Shown here in pieces: positions 21,833 to 32,260 of a DNA stretch of 39,675 nucleotides; the stretch's first letter is position 1; each line of letters opens with the position of its first letter. Location: sequence record SRR22947725_1323; one strand, 5' to 3'. A program made the translations under genes and the position numbers. The notes below the pieces were generated by a model. It did not search any database. It saw only the letters and a program-made list of their open reading frames with translations, and had not been told where the DNA came from.

Positions 21833-23260
21833 CTATACTTGATCCATAATATACTGAGTTAATAGAGGAACGGGCCTTCCAGTTGCGCCTTTCTTAGAAC
21901 CTCCCAGCCATGCAGTTCCTGCAATATCAATATGAGCCCAAGAATAATTTTTTGCATAGCGAGCCAGAAAACATGCTGCGGTTACTGTCCCTGCTTCTCT
22001 TCCTCCAATGTTTGCCATATCTGCAAAATTTGATTTCAGCAAATCATCATACTCCTCATCAAGAGGCAACTGCCAAACGGTATCAAGTGATGACAGTCCT
22101 GATGACTTAAGGGCATCTGCAAGCTTTTGATCATTAGACATGACACCAGAATGATGCTTACCCAGAGCTATAATAACTGCGCCTGTAAGAGTAGCAATAT
22201 CAATAACTGCCTTAGGCTTAAACTTCTCACAATAAGTCAAAGCGTCACACAAAATTAAACGACCTTCAGCATCTGTATTTAAAATTTCAATAGTTTGACC
22301 AGACATACTTTTAACAACATCGCCTGGTTTTGAGGCATTATGTGCCGGCATATTTTCTACCGTTGGTACAACAACAGTCAAATTTACTTTAAGATTCATT
22401 TCAGCAATAGCGCTCATTGCTCCAAGCACAGAAGCAGCGCCACACATATCGTATTTCATCTCATCCATGCCTTGACCAGGCTTTAAAGAAATACCGCCAC
22501 TATCAAAAGTCACGCCTTTACCGACTAAAACGATTGGAGCTTCATGGCCGGCATTAGAATAACTTAGACTGATAAGCCTTCCAGGCTCTATAGAGCCTTT
22601 TGAAACAGAGAGCAAAGAATTCATTCCTAGAGACTCCATATCTGACTCTTCAAGGATTTCGCATTCAAGATTATAAGTTTCCGCAAGAGACTTGGCTGTC
22701 TCAGCGATGTAAGTTGGGGTGCAGATATTTGGAGGCAAGTCACCTAGCTCTCTTGTAAGCGCCATACCATTTGCAATAGCAACGCCTTTTTGAATTTCTG
22801 ATGCCCCATTGTTTTGAGAATATATATTGACTGCCTCAAGCACAATGTCACTAATCTCTTCCTTGACACCTACTTTCTTTACCTTATAACTTTCATTTTT
22901 TAGAACTCTGGCAGTTGTAATTTGAAGCCAAGCCTCATCGGCATCCTCAACTTCAATACTTGGAATGACAACATTTTTAACCTTTGATACACTCATTGCT
23001 GAAGAAAGTGATTTCAGCGCCTTTATATAATTTTTTTGACTGAGTGGCGACTCACCTAAACCAACAACTAGAACCCTTTTTGACTTATAGCCTTCGACTT
23101 TTCCAAGCATCAAGGTGCTTGCTAATTTTGGCTCAAATCGATGTAGATCTAGATAATTTTGAATAATTCTATTTTCATTTGATTTGCCCTTGAGAACAAA
23201 GGCAACTGAGCAGTCTCCACTATAATGGTCAACCGCTTGGTGAGTAACAAAAAACTCCAT
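21833..23260 (-). CDS. pepA: Leucyl aminopeptidase (M17)
   Basis: GKGVTFDSGG, MKYDM, NTDAEGRL, ATLTGA. Confidence 0.94.
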   Translation of the reverse strand: MEFFVTHQAVDHYSGDCSVAFVLKGKSNENRIIQNYLDLHRFEPKLASTLMLGKVEGYKSKRVLVVGLGESPLSQKNYIKALKSLSSAMSVSKVKNVVIPSIEVEDADEAWLQITTARVLKNESYKVKKVGVKEEISDIVLEAVNIYSQNNGASEIQKGVAIANGMALTRELGDLPPNICTPTYIAETAKSLAETYNLECEILEESDMESLGMNSLLSVSKGSIEPGRLISLSYSNAGHEAPIVLVGKGVTFDSGGISLKPGQGMDEMKYDMCGAASVLGAMSAIAEMNLKVNLTVVVPTVENMPAHNASKPGDVVKSMSGQTIEILNTDAEGRLILCDALTYCEKFKPKAVIDIATLTGAVIIALGKHHSGVMSNDQKLADALKSSGLSSLDTVWQLPLDEEYDDLLKSNFADMANIGGREAGTVTAACFLARYAKNYSWAHIDIAGTAWLGGSKKGATGRPVPLLTQYIMDQV

Positions 23261-23263
23261 ATC

Positions 23264-23311
23264 AATTTCCGGAAATTATAATCTCGGTATTCTACCAAAA
23301 AACTGTAAAAT
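23264..23311. promoter_or_regulatory. Divergent promoter region pepA/dsbC with a 14-bp palindrome
   Basis: AATTTCCGGAAATT at 23264-23277; minus TGGTAGAAT at 23289-23297; plus TAAAAT at 23306-23311. Confidence 0.45.
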
Positions 23312-23337
23312 TTACCTCTTTAATCATTAGTTTTCAC

Positions 23338-24057
23338 ATGAAAAAGTTTCTTACTATCGCGTTAATCTTTATCACTAATATTGTTTTTGCAGATGTTGGC
23401 ATGATTGTAAATAAATTAAAGCCTTATTTTCCAGAAATTAAGGCTGAAAATATTAGCACTTCTCAGCTGGATGGATACTATGAAGTAGTTCTTACAAACC
23501 CTAGCATTGATGTACTTTACATTTCTATGGATGGAAGATATGTGCTTCAAGGCGCAGTCACTGATCTAGAATTAATGACAAATATTTCCACTAATCGTGT
23601 TAACGCTATCAAACAAAATATGCTTAACAGCATTAGCGATAATGAAAAGATAATCTTTAAATCCGAAAATGAGAAATATGTTGTTCATGTTTTTACAGAT
23701 GTTGATTGCCCCTATTGCGCTAAACTTCATGCAAATATGAATGAAATGAATGCTCTTGGAATTACTGTGAAATATTTGGCCTCACCTCTGGAGCAACTTC
23801 ATCCAAATGCTCAAAGCGCTATGGAAAAAATATGGTGTGCTGAAGATAAGGCGATTGCCATTCACAATTATAAAACTAAGCGATTCTTGCCAAATAGCCC
23901 AGATTGTATTAATCCAGTTGCAGAGCAGCTAGCAATTTCCAAACAATTGGGCGTCAATGGAACGCCATCAATTTTTTTTGAAAATGGATTAAATATTCCT
24001 GGCTATTTAGAGCCCGAAGAGCTTTTAAATAGATTTTTGAATACCCTTGCTCAATAA
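23338..24057 (+). CDS. dsbC: Thiol:disulfide isomerase DsbC family
   Basis: Signal peptide, FTDVDCPYC, second Cys pair IWCA...DC, GVNGTP, PGY. Confidence 0.87.
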   Translation: MKKFLTIALIFITNIVFADVGMIVNKLKPYFPEIKAENISTSQLDGYYEVVLTNPSIDVLYISMDGRYVLQGAVTDLELMTNISTNRVNAIKQNMLNSISDNEKIIFKSENEKYVVHVFTDVDCPYCAKLHANMNEMNALGITVKYLASPLEQLHPNAQSAMEKIWCAEDKAIAIHNYKTKRFLPNSPDCINPVAEQLAISKQLGVNGTPSIFFENGLNIPGYLEPEELLNRFLNTLAQ

Positions 24058-25324
24058 CAATAATTCAAGAGTCATTGCTCATAATGCTATTTGTCTTGTA
24101 GCACTTGAAAAATATACGCTTTCTGAATCGTTATTTCCTAGTGAAACCTCAGAATCTTCATTTGCAAAGTCACTGACTTACGGCTCACTCAGGTTCTATC
24201 ATCATCTTAATGATGTTATAACTCCTCGGCTAAAAAAAACCTTAGACAAAAAAAATCTTGATATTCACATTCTTATAATTATGGGGGCATATCAACTAAT
24301 TTATACTGATGTGTCAACTCATGCTGCCATCAATGAAACAGTCGAGGTGGCAGAAAAAATTAAAAAGCAATGGGCTAAAGGCCTTATCAATGCAATACTT
24401 AGAGGGATTGATAGGGACCGAGATGATATTCTTAATACTCCTCACTATTCTCATCCAAGTTGGCTTGTAAAAAAAATTATGAAAGAATATCCTGATAATT
24501 TTCATAAGATATTTACTGAAAATAATAAACAAGCCCCAATGTCTCTTCGAGTCCATCCATCAATTAATATCAAGTCATATCAAGATAAACTTTTAGAGGG
24601 GGGTATAGAATCTAAGACCTCAAAAATTGCACCTCAGTCTTTGACCCTTAATAAAGCAGTAAATGTAGAAAAATTACCAGATTTTAGAGATGGCTCTTGC
24701 TATGTCCAAGATACTTCTGCGCAACTAGCAGGTCAGCTCATTGCTCCAAAAAATGGTGAATTAATATTAGATGCCTGTTGCGCACCTGGGGGTAAAACAA
24801 CCCATCTTGCTGAGCTTTGTCCTAATTCAGAGATCTTGGCATTAGATGCTGACGAGAAAAGGCTTATCAAAGTCAATGATAATATTAAAAGACTTAAGAA
24901 TAAAAATGTTAAAGTCATTTTAGGAGACGCAACAAAGGGTGACTGGTGGAATCAAAGACTTTTTGATAAGATTTTAGTAGATGCTCCATGCACTGGAACA
25001 GGGGTGATAAGAAGGCATCCAGATATTAAACTTATAAGAAAACCTAGGAACCTTTCCCATATCGTCGAGGTTCAAGCTTCTATTCTTAAGAACTTATGGT
25101 TAATGCTAAAACCTGGAGGCATACTTGTATATGCTACATGCTCGATTTTAAAAGATGAAAATGAAAATCAAATAAGTAAATTTATTAACCTCAATATGGA
25201 TAGTAGTATTGAGGAAATCAGAATTCCTTGGGGCAAAGGCCCTATAGGAAAGCAACAATTACCTAATGATATATTCGATGGATTCTATTATGCTCAGCTA
25301 AGAAAAAAAAGTAAGTCCAAATAA
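24047..25324 (+). CDS. rsmB: 16S rRNA m5C967 methyltransferase RsmB
   Basis: NusB-like N-domain (HAAINETV), DACCAPGGKT, DAPCTGTG, YATCS; TTG start uncertain. Confidence 0.93.
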   Translation: MLNNNNSRVIAHNAICLVALEKYTLSESLFPSETSESSFAKSLTYGSLRFYHHLNDVITPRLKKTLDKKNLDIHILIIMGAYQLIYTDVSTHAAINETVEVAEKIKKQWAKGLINAILRGIDRDRDDILNTPHYSHPSWLVKKIMKEYPDNFHKIFTENNKQAPMSLRVHPSINIKSYQDKLLEGGIESKTSKIAPQSLTLNKAVNVEKLPDFRDGSCYVQDTSAQLAGQLIAPKNGELILDACCAPGGKTTHLAELCPNSEILALDADEKRLIKVNDNIKRLKNKNVKVILGDATKGDWWNQRLFDKILVDAPCTGTGVIRRHPDIKLIRKPRNLSHIVEVQASILKNLWLMLKPGGILVYATCSILKDENENQISKFINLNMDSSIEEIRIPWGKGPIGKQQLPNDIFDGFYYAQLRKKSKSK

Positions 25325-25326
25325 GA

Positions 25327-27663
25327 CTATTTCTCTAATGCAATATCTAAAACCTGGTCAATCCATTTAACTTTAACAATTTCTAGCTTACTTTTTATTT
25401 TTTCAGGCACCTCAGATAACTCACGCTCATTATCTTCGGGAATAATGACAGTTTTAATACCTCCTCTCATTGCGGCAAGAAGTTTTTCTTTCAAACCACC
25501 GATTGGGGTTATTTCACCCCTCAGAGTAATTTCACCAGTCATTGCAACTGCAGCTTTAACTTTTCGACCAGTTAAAACTGAAACAAGAGCTGTACACATT
25601 GCTGCTCCAGCGCTCGGCCCATCCTTCGGTGTTGAGCCATCTGGAACATGGATATGAATGTCCAGTTTTTCATGGAAATCATCTGAAATTCCTAAAGAAT
25701 CGGCACGTAAACGAGTTACTGACATTGCCGCTTGTATTGATTCCTTCATAACATCACCAAGTTGGCCCGTATAGTTTAATTTTCCCTTACCTTTGTATGA
25801 GGATGCTTCAATTGTAAGTAAGTCACCACCAACTGAAGTCCATGCTAATCCTGTTACCTCGCCGATTTGATTATGTTCTTCAGCTAAACCAAATCGATAC
25901 TTCTTCATTCCTAAAAATTTTGGCAAACTTTTAGAGTTAATAATTGCTCTAGCTTTTCGTTTTTTTAGCGTTACGTCCTTAATGACTTTTCTACATATGC
26001 TGCCAATTTCACGATCAAGATTTCGAACACCTGCTTCTCTAGTGTAGTAACGAATAATATCCATAATTGCAGAATCTTTAAAGACTATTTCCGAACTATT
26101 AACACCATTATTTTTCATTTGCTTCGCTATTAAGTGTCTCTTAGCAATTTCGAGTTTTTCATCTTCTGTATAACCAGACAAATGGATGATTTCCATTCTG
26201 TCAACTAATGCTTCTGGGAGGTTTAAGGAATTTGCAGTGGCAACAAACATAACTTGAGAGAGATCATAGTCAACCTCTAGGTAGTGATCATTGAAAGTAT
26301 GATTTTGCTCAGGATCCAAAACCTCGAGCATAGCAGAGCTTGGGTCGCCTCTAAAATCAGAGGCCATTTTGTCTATTTCATCTAGGAGAAATAATGGATT
26401 TTTGACATTAACTTTTTGCATTTTCTGAACGATAGATCCAGGCATAGCACCTATATAAGTTCTTCTATGTCCACGAATTTCTGCCTCATCTCTTACACCG
26501 CCAAGAGCCATGCGAACATATTTTCGATTCACGGATTTTGCAATTGATTCACCCAGTGAGGTCTTTCCTACTCCAGGAGGTCCAACTAAACAAAGTATAT
26601 TGGCCTTATTATGCGTAACACGACTTTGCACAGCAAGGTGCTCCATAATTCTTTCTTTTACTTTATCCAGCCCATAATGATCAGAGTCAAGAATCTTTTG
26701 TGCCTTGACTAAATCTTTATTAGTTTTAGTTTTTTTACTCCAAGGCACTGAACACAAATTTTCTATATAGGTTCTAATGATGGATGCGTCAGAAGACTGG
26801 GATGACATTCTTTGAAGTTTATTAAGTTCACTTTGAGCTTTCTTCTTAGCCTCCTTAGGCATTTTGGCTTTGTTGATACTATTTTGTAAATCCTCAATTT
26901 CATTTTCATCATCAAGGGTGCCGAGCTCTTTTTGAATGGACTTCATTTGTTCATTCAAGTAATAGTCTCTTTGATTAGACTCCATTTGCTTACGGACTCT
27001 ATTCTGAATTTTTTGCTCTGCACCAAGAACATCTAACTCACCTTCAAGGATGGACAAAATTGCCTCTAGTCTATCTTGTGCTTGGCCACTTTCAAGAAGA
27101 CTCTGTTTTTCACTCACTTTGAGACTTAAGTTTGCAATAATTACATCACTAAATCTTTCAACATCGGTAATTTCTTTAAGAACCTTATAAACCTCTTCAG
27201 GGATTTTTTTACTAAGCTTAATATATTTTTCAAAATTTTCTAATGCAAGACGCATCATTGCTTTAATTTCTGTATCGTTATCAAAACTTAAACTACAATC
27301 ACTTAATACGACTTCAGTGTGCTCACCTAAATCTACAAACTCTTCAATTTTTGCGCGTTTAACTCCTTCAACTAGAACTTTAATAGTCCCATCGGGCAAT
27401 TTTAAAAGCTGAAGAATCGTTGCCAAAGTTCCAACCTTGTGAAGATCGTCATTATTTGGCTCCTCAATTGCTTCATCTTTTTGCGTAGCTAAAAAAACAT
27501 TTTTATCTGCTTCCATAGCTTGGGTGATTGCTTTAACAGAGGATTTCCTTCCAATAAATAGTGGAATAACGGTATGAGGAAAAACAACTACATCTCTTAA
27601 TGGTAGAAGGGGGGTTGACTGCTTCTCTAAGCTGTTTGGCTCTGTTGTGATTTCTGCTTCCAT
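25327..27663 (-). CDS. lon: ATP-dependent Lon protease
   Basis: LPLRDVVVFP, GPPGVGKT, PKDGPSAG, IGGLKEK. Confidence 0.97.
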   Translation of the reverse strand: MEAEITTEPNSLEKQSTPLLPLRDVVVFPHTVIPLFIGRKSSVKAITQAMEADKNVFLATQKDEAIEEPNNDDLHKVGTLATILQLLKLPDGTIKVLVEGVKRAKIEEFVDLGEHTEVVLSDCSLSFDNDTEIKAMMRLALENFEKYIKLSKKIPEEVYKVLKEITDVERFSDVIIANLSLKVSEKQSLLESGQAQDRLEAILSILEGELDVLGAEQKIQNRVRKQMESNQRDYYLNEQMKSIQKELGTLDDENEIEDLQNSINKAKMPKEAKKKAQSELNKLQRMSSQSSDASIIRTYIENLCSVPWSKKTKTNKDLVKAQKILDSDHYGLDKVKERIMEHLAVQSRVTHNKANILCLVGPPGVGKTSLGESIAKSVNRKYVRMALGGVRDEAEIRGHRRTYIGAMPGSIVQKMQKVNVKNPLFLLDEIDKMASDFRGDPSSAMLEVLDPEQNHTFNDHYLEVDYDLSQVMFVATANSLNLPEALVDRMEIIHLSGYTEDEKLEIAKRHLIAKQMKNNGVNSSEIVFKDSAIMDIIRYYTREAGVRNLDREIGSICRKVIKDVTLKKRKARAIINSKSLPKFLGMKKYRFGLAEEHNQIGEVTGLAWTSVGGDLLTIEASSYKGKGKLNYTGQLGDVMKESIQAAMSVTRLRADSLGISDDFHEKLDIHIHVPDGSTPKDGPSAGAAMCTALVSVLTGRKVKAAVAMTGEITLRGEITPIGGLKEKLLAAMRGGIKTVIIPEDNERELSEVPEKIKSKLEIVKVKWIDQVLDIALEK

Positions 27664-28958
27664 AATAATGAAACACCTTGCTTATCTAGTAATCTTTCTA
27701 GATAGTGACTAGTTACATTAATTTCAAGTAGCCATTGACCAAATTCGTTCATTATTTCTTTTTTAATAAATCCAACTTTATGTATTTCACTTCTTATATA
27801 TGCCGACTGAACATCTAACTTGATACGTGCAGAAGTCATCATTCCACTAAGACTTTCAGATAAGGCCTCATAAAGAAGATCAACCCCTTCTCCAGTTTCA
27901 GCAGAAAGCCAAACACGAGAAATATTTCCTTCTGAGTCTTTATCGATTCTTGGTTTGAAGTTGACTAGGCCATCAATCTTATTCATTACTAGAATTCTTG
28001 GTATTTTTTGAGCATCTATTTGCTCAATAATATCTTCGACCTGGTCAATTTTATCTCTGTTATTTGGATCAGATGCATCAACAATGTGAAGAAGTACATT
28101 TGCCTGACGTGTTTCCTCTAATGTTGATTTAAATGCCTCAACAAGTTCATGCGGCAAGTCCTGAATAAAACCAACTGTATCCGCGATGACTGCCTCACCA
28201 GATGCTGGCAACATAACTCTTCTAATAGTAGAATCAAGAGTTGCAAATAACTTATCATCTGCATACACTTCAGCATTTGTTAATAGATTGAAGAGTGTCG
28301 ACTTGCCAGCATTTGTGTAACCGGCAAGAGATATCATTGGAAGCTGATTTTTTACGCGAGATTTTCTGCCTAGATCATGTTGTTTGTGAACTTTTGCAAG
28401 TCGCTTATTAATATTTTTAATTCGAATTGAAACAAGTCTTTTATCTGTTTCTAACTGAGTTTCACCAGGACCTCTTAAACCTATACCTCCTTTTTGCCTC
28501 TCTAGGTGAGTCCAACCTCTTACTAATCTGGTTGAAAGATGTTTTAATTGAGCAAGTTCTACTTGCAGCTTTCCTTCAAAAGAGCTCGCTCTTAATGCAA
28601 AAATATCCAATATTAAGCCTGTTCGATCCATAACTTGGCACTTCAATGCTTTTTCTAAGTTACGTTCTTGAGATGGTGATAACTGGTGCGAAAATATAAC
28701 TAGATCAATTTCATTGTCAATTACACTTGATGCAAGTTCATCAACTTTACCAGTTCCAATAAAAAACTGCGCCTTAGTAAAACTTCTTTTTACTAACACT
28801 GTTTCAATAATATTCAGTCCAGAAGAGACAGCAAGCTGTTTAAATTCATTGACACTATCTGGTGATTGACTAATAGAAGTGAGCTCAATATGGACTAGGA
28901 TAGTTCTTTCGCCTTGACCAACCGCATCCTTTTGACGATCAAACAACTCCATAGACAT
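27627..28958 (-). CDS. hflX: Ribosome-splitting GTPase HflX
   Basis: GPGETQLETD, GYTNAGKST, FATLD, DTVGF, NKID; start may be 28952. Confidence 0.96.
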   Translation of the reverse strand: MSMELFDRQKDAVGQGERTILVHIELTSISQSPDSVNEFKQLAVSSGLNIIETVLVKRSFTKAQFFIGTGKVDELASSVIDNEIDLVIFSHQLSPSQERNLEKALKCQVMDRTGLILDIFALRASSFEGKLQVELAQLKHLSTRLVRGWTHLERQKGGIGLRGPGETQLETDKRLVSIRIKNINKRLAKVHKQHDLGRKSRVKNQLPMISLAGYTNAGKSTLFNLLTNAEVYADDKLFATLDSTIRRVMLPASGEAVIADTVGFIQDLPHELVEAFKSTLEETRQANVLLHIVDASDPNNRDKIDQVEDIIEQIDAQKIPRILVMNKIDGLVNFKPRIDKDSEGNISRVWLSAETGEGVDLLYEALSESLSGMMTSARIKLDVQSAYIRSEIHKVGFIKKEIMNEFGQWLLEINVTSHYLERLLDKQGVSLLWKQKSQQSQTA

Positions 28959-28991
28959 TATTGAGTTTTTAGCATACAGAATTTAATTTCA

Positions 28992-30257
28992 TTAGCTTGC
29001 CTTGCGAATAGTTCTTTTCTTATTATCAGATTGATGAACTATTACTGGTTGTTTCAAACCTTCTACAACTGCTTTATCTATCACAACCTCTTTCACACTT
29101 AGGTTAGATGGAATTTCATACATTGTATCTAACAACAAATCCTCTAAGATTGCCCTCAAACCTCTTGCTCCTGTTTTTCTCTTAAGCGCTAATTTGGCAA
29201 TAGCTACAAGAGCATTCTTCCTGATTGTTAGCTTCACTCCTTCAATAGCAAAAAATTGTTGGAACTGTTTCACTACTGAATTTTTTGGCTTCGTGAGAAT
29301 TTCGATTAAAGCATCCTCATCAAGCTCATCCAACGATGTATGAACTGCTAAGCGTCCTACTAACTCAGGAATTAGTCCAAATTTAATTAGATCATCTGGC
29401 TCTAAAAACTTGTAAAGCTCAGTCAAGGTTTTTTTATGACTTTTTTCTTTGACATTGGCCGCAAAACCAATTCCAGCTGCTTTCTCAATTCGTCTATCTA
29501 TAACCTTCCCAAGTCCATCAAAAGCGCCTCCACATATAAATAATATTTTTGAGGTATCAACATCGATCGTTTCTTGATTAGGATGTTTCCTTCCTCCTTG
29601 AGGTGGAACTGAGGCAATAGTGCCCTCAATTAGCTTCAACATTGCTTGCTGAACACCCTCCCCAGAAACATCTCTGGTGATCGAAGGAGAGTCTGAGCGG
29701 CGTGAGATTTTATCTATTTCATCTATAAATATGATTCCTTGCTCAGCTCTTTTTGGATCAAAATCACATTTTGCAAGAAGGCTCTTGATGACATTTTCTA
29801 CATCGTCGCCAACATATCCAGCCTCAGTTAATGTTGTGGCATCTGCCACTGCAAATGGAACATCCAAGAAACGAGCCATTGATTGAGCCAAAAGCGTTTT
29901 TCCACTCCCAGTAGGTCCAATCAAAAGTATATTTGACTTATCAAGCTCAACATCATTGGAAATATAGTCAGCTTTGAGGCGCTTATAATGATTATAAACT
30001 GCCACAGAGAGAACTTTTTTTGCATGGGATTGACCAATGACATATTCATTTAGCGAGCTAAATAAATCTTTAGGAGTGTAATTCCAATCCTGGTATTGAT
30101 CTTTTTTATCCTTGATAGTTTGTTCTTGTATCAAGTTGTAACAAGAGTCTATACACTCGTCACATATATAAACCCCTGGACCGGCGATTAGACGAGTAAC
30201 CTCATCTTTATTTTTTGAACAAAATGAACAACTTAGATCTTCAGTATTTTGATCCAT
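28992..30257 (-). CDS. clpX: ATP-dependent Clp protease ATP-binding subunit ClpX
   Basis: CSFC...ICDEC Zn finger, [16 protein letters not shown] loop; ATG 30257 preferred over TTG 30263. Confidence 0.97.
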   Translation of the reverse strand: MDQNTEDLSCSFCSKNKDEVTRLIAGPGVYICDECIDSCYNLIQEQTIKDKKDQYQDWNYTPKDLFSSLNEYVIGQSHAKKVLSVAVYNHYKRLKADYISNDVELDKSNILLIGPTGSGKTLLAQSMARFLDVPFAVADATTLTEAGYVGDDVENVIKSLLAKCDFDPKRAEQGIIFIDEIDKISRRSDSPSITRDVSGEGVQQAMLKLIEGTIASVPPQGGRKHPNQETIDVDTSKILFICGGAFDGLGKVIDRRIEKAAGIGFAANVKEKSHKKTLTELYKFLEPDDLIKFGLIPELVGRLAVHTSLDELDEDALIEILTKPKNSVVKQFQQFFAIEGVKLTIRKNALVAIAKLALKRKTGARGLRAILEDLLLDTMYEIPSNLSVKEVVIDKAVVEGLKQPVIVHQSDNKKRTIRKAS

Positions 30258-30271
30258 TGGCAAACTTCAAT

Positions 30272-30868
30272 TTAGCGTTTATTAATGACTTTATCAATAA
30301 GTCCATATTTAGCAGACTCACTTGCAGACATGAAATTATCGCGATCAGTATCTTTTTGTATATTTTTCATACTTTGACCGGTATGCTCTTTAAGGATTGA
30401 ATTTAAATTATCTCTCACCTTCAGAATCTCTTGAGCATGAATATCTATATCACTTGCTTGACCAGAGAACCCTCCTAATGGCTGATGAATCATACATCTA
30501 GCATGAGGAAGAGCAAACCTTTTGCCCTTAGCTCCAGCAGTCAAAAGAAGCGCACCCATACTTGCAGCTTGTCCGATACAAAGCGTTGAAATATCAGGCT
30601 TAATAAATTGCATTGTATCGTAAATTGCTAGGCCTGCAGTGACCGAGCCACCCGGTGAATTAATGTATAAATGAATATCTTTATCAGGGTTTTCAGACTC
30701 CAAAAAAAGGAGCTGCGCAACCACAACATTAGCGGTGTAATCCTCAACAGGACCAACCATAAAAACAACACGCTCTTTTAAAAGTCTTGAATAGATATCA
30801 TAAGCCCTCTCTCCACGACCTGAGCTCTCTATAACCATTGGGATTTGATTTAAATTTTGAATTGTCAT
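30272..30868 (-). CDS. clpP: Clp protease proteolytic subunit
   Basis: [24 protein letters not shown]. Confidence 0.98.
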   Translation of the reverse strand: MTIQNLNQIPMVIESSGRGERAYDIYSRLLKERVVFMVGPVEDYTANVVVAQLLFLESENPDKDIHLYINSPGGSVTAGLAIYDTMQFIKPDISTLCIGQAASMGALLLTAGAKGKRFALPHARCMIHQPLGGFSGQASDIDIHAQEILKVRDNLNSILKEHTGQSMKNIQKDTDRDNFMSASESAKYGLIDKVINKR

Positions 30869-30869
30869 A

Positions 30870-32168
30870 TTAGTTTTGGGTATTCATTATTTCTAAAAAT
30901 GTTTTGTCTGTAGTCGTTACCTTTGCTTTTTCAGCAACATGTTTGGCAACCAAATCCTCAACAACAATTGACTCGATATTAGCCAGCCTTGAAGGGTCTG
31001 TGTTATACCAATCAATCATTTGCTGTGCGCTCTCACCATATTGTAGCGACATTTCATTAAGTTTAGCATCAACCAAATCTTTTTCAGCTGTTATTTCGGA
31101 ATCCGTTGCAATTTTATTAATTAACAAGCCTAATTTAACTCTTCTTGCAGCCTCTTCATTGAACATCTCAGCAGGTAGCTTACCTTTTGATGGCATACCT
31201 TGCTGCTCCATGCGAGACTCCATGTCTTGTTGAAGTTTTTCTGCCTCAGAGGAAATGCTCCCCTCAGGAACTTCGAAATCATTAGCTTCTAGAAGCGCTG
31301 AAAACGCAGTATCTTTGTTCTGCTGAACGAGCCTTGAATCAAGCTCAAGCTTCATTTGGTTAGTCATTCTTGACTTCATCGTTTCAAAATCTTTTTCACC
31401 ATACTTCTTTGCGAATTCATCATCTCTTTTCAGCTCAATTGGTGATCCAATTTCATTAACTTTAACCTTGAATACGGCCTCTCTTCCAGCCAAGTTCTCC
31501 ACATGATAATCCTCTGGGAATGTTGCGTTCACCTCGACAGTTTTTCCAGATGCAACGTCAATAAGCCCTTTCTCGAATCCCTCAATCATTGTTCCTTTTC
31601 CAAGAACAATTTCAAAGCCTTCAGCAGCACCACCTTCAAATGACTCACCATCGAGAAGCCCCTCAAAGTCAATAATTAAGCGGTCACCATCCTTCGATTT
31701 GCGCTTGACCGTCTTATACTCAGTCGAGCGGTCTTGAAGGTCTTGCAGAGCTCTCTCTTCATCTTCCTCAGTCACCTGTGAGCTGACCTGATCAATCGTT
31801 AGTTTAGACAGAGCATTGACTTTAATTTCAGGGTAGACTTCAAACTCAAGCGTATAAATTAAGCTGTCAGCATTCTCTGTATCAATATTTGTTAGGGAAG
31901 GCTGAGTCGCTGGAGAGACATCTGCATCCGTTAATGCATCAGCCAAGGTTTCACCGACAATCTCAGTTGCAGCGTCAGATTTAGCACTTCCACCGAATCT
32001 TTGTTTTAATACGGCAGGCGGAATCTTTCCCTTTCTAAAGCCATCAACACGTACTTTGCCTGCAAGGCCTTTGATAATTTTTTCTGTTCTTTCATTGAAA
32101 ATGTCTACCGGTAATTCAACCGTAAGCGACCTTTTAAGTCCCTCAAGAGTGGTGAGTGAAGTCTTCAT
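30870..32168 (-). CDS. tig: Trigger factor
   Basis: GFRKGK ribosome-binding loop, FKBP-like domain (IDFEG...FEGG, MIEGFE); upstream of clpP. Confidence 0.96.
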   Translation of the reverse strand: MKTSLTTLEGLKRSLTVELPVDIFNERTEKIIKGLAGKVRVDGFRKGKIPPAVLKQRFGGSAKSDAATEIVGETLADALTDADVSPATQPSLTNIDTENADSLIYTLEFEVYPEIKVNALSKLTIDQVSSQVTEEDEERALQDLQDRSTEYKTVKRKSKDGDRLIIDFEGLLDGESFEGGAAEGFEIVLGKGTMIEGFEKGLIDVASGKTVEVNATFPEDYHVENLAGREAVFKVKVNEIGSPIELKRDDEFAKKYGEKDFETMKSRMTNQMKLELDSRLVQQNKDTAFSALLEANDFEVPEGSISSEAEKLQQDMESRMEQQGMPSKGKLPAEMFNEEAARRVKLGLLINKIATDSEITAEKDLVDAKLNEMSLQYGESAQQMIDWYNTDPSRLANIESIVVEDLVAKHVAEKAKVTTTDKTFLEIMNTQN

Positions 32169-32260
32169 CTAATTCTAAATCCGTAACTTATTAAAAAAAG
32201 GCAAATTATACAGTATTTTTTAACGTAAAAAAAAGGGCGCTTAGGTCATACAAGATAGAT

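Noticed and set aside
23338-24057. DsbG call because of the CPYC motif
   Set aside because: The second Cys pair and the FTD context fit DsbC; CPYC occurs in many DsbC proteins
32169-32260. tRNA upstream of tig as an island integration site
   Set aside because: No cloverleaf, T-loop GTTCRA or CCA end on either strand
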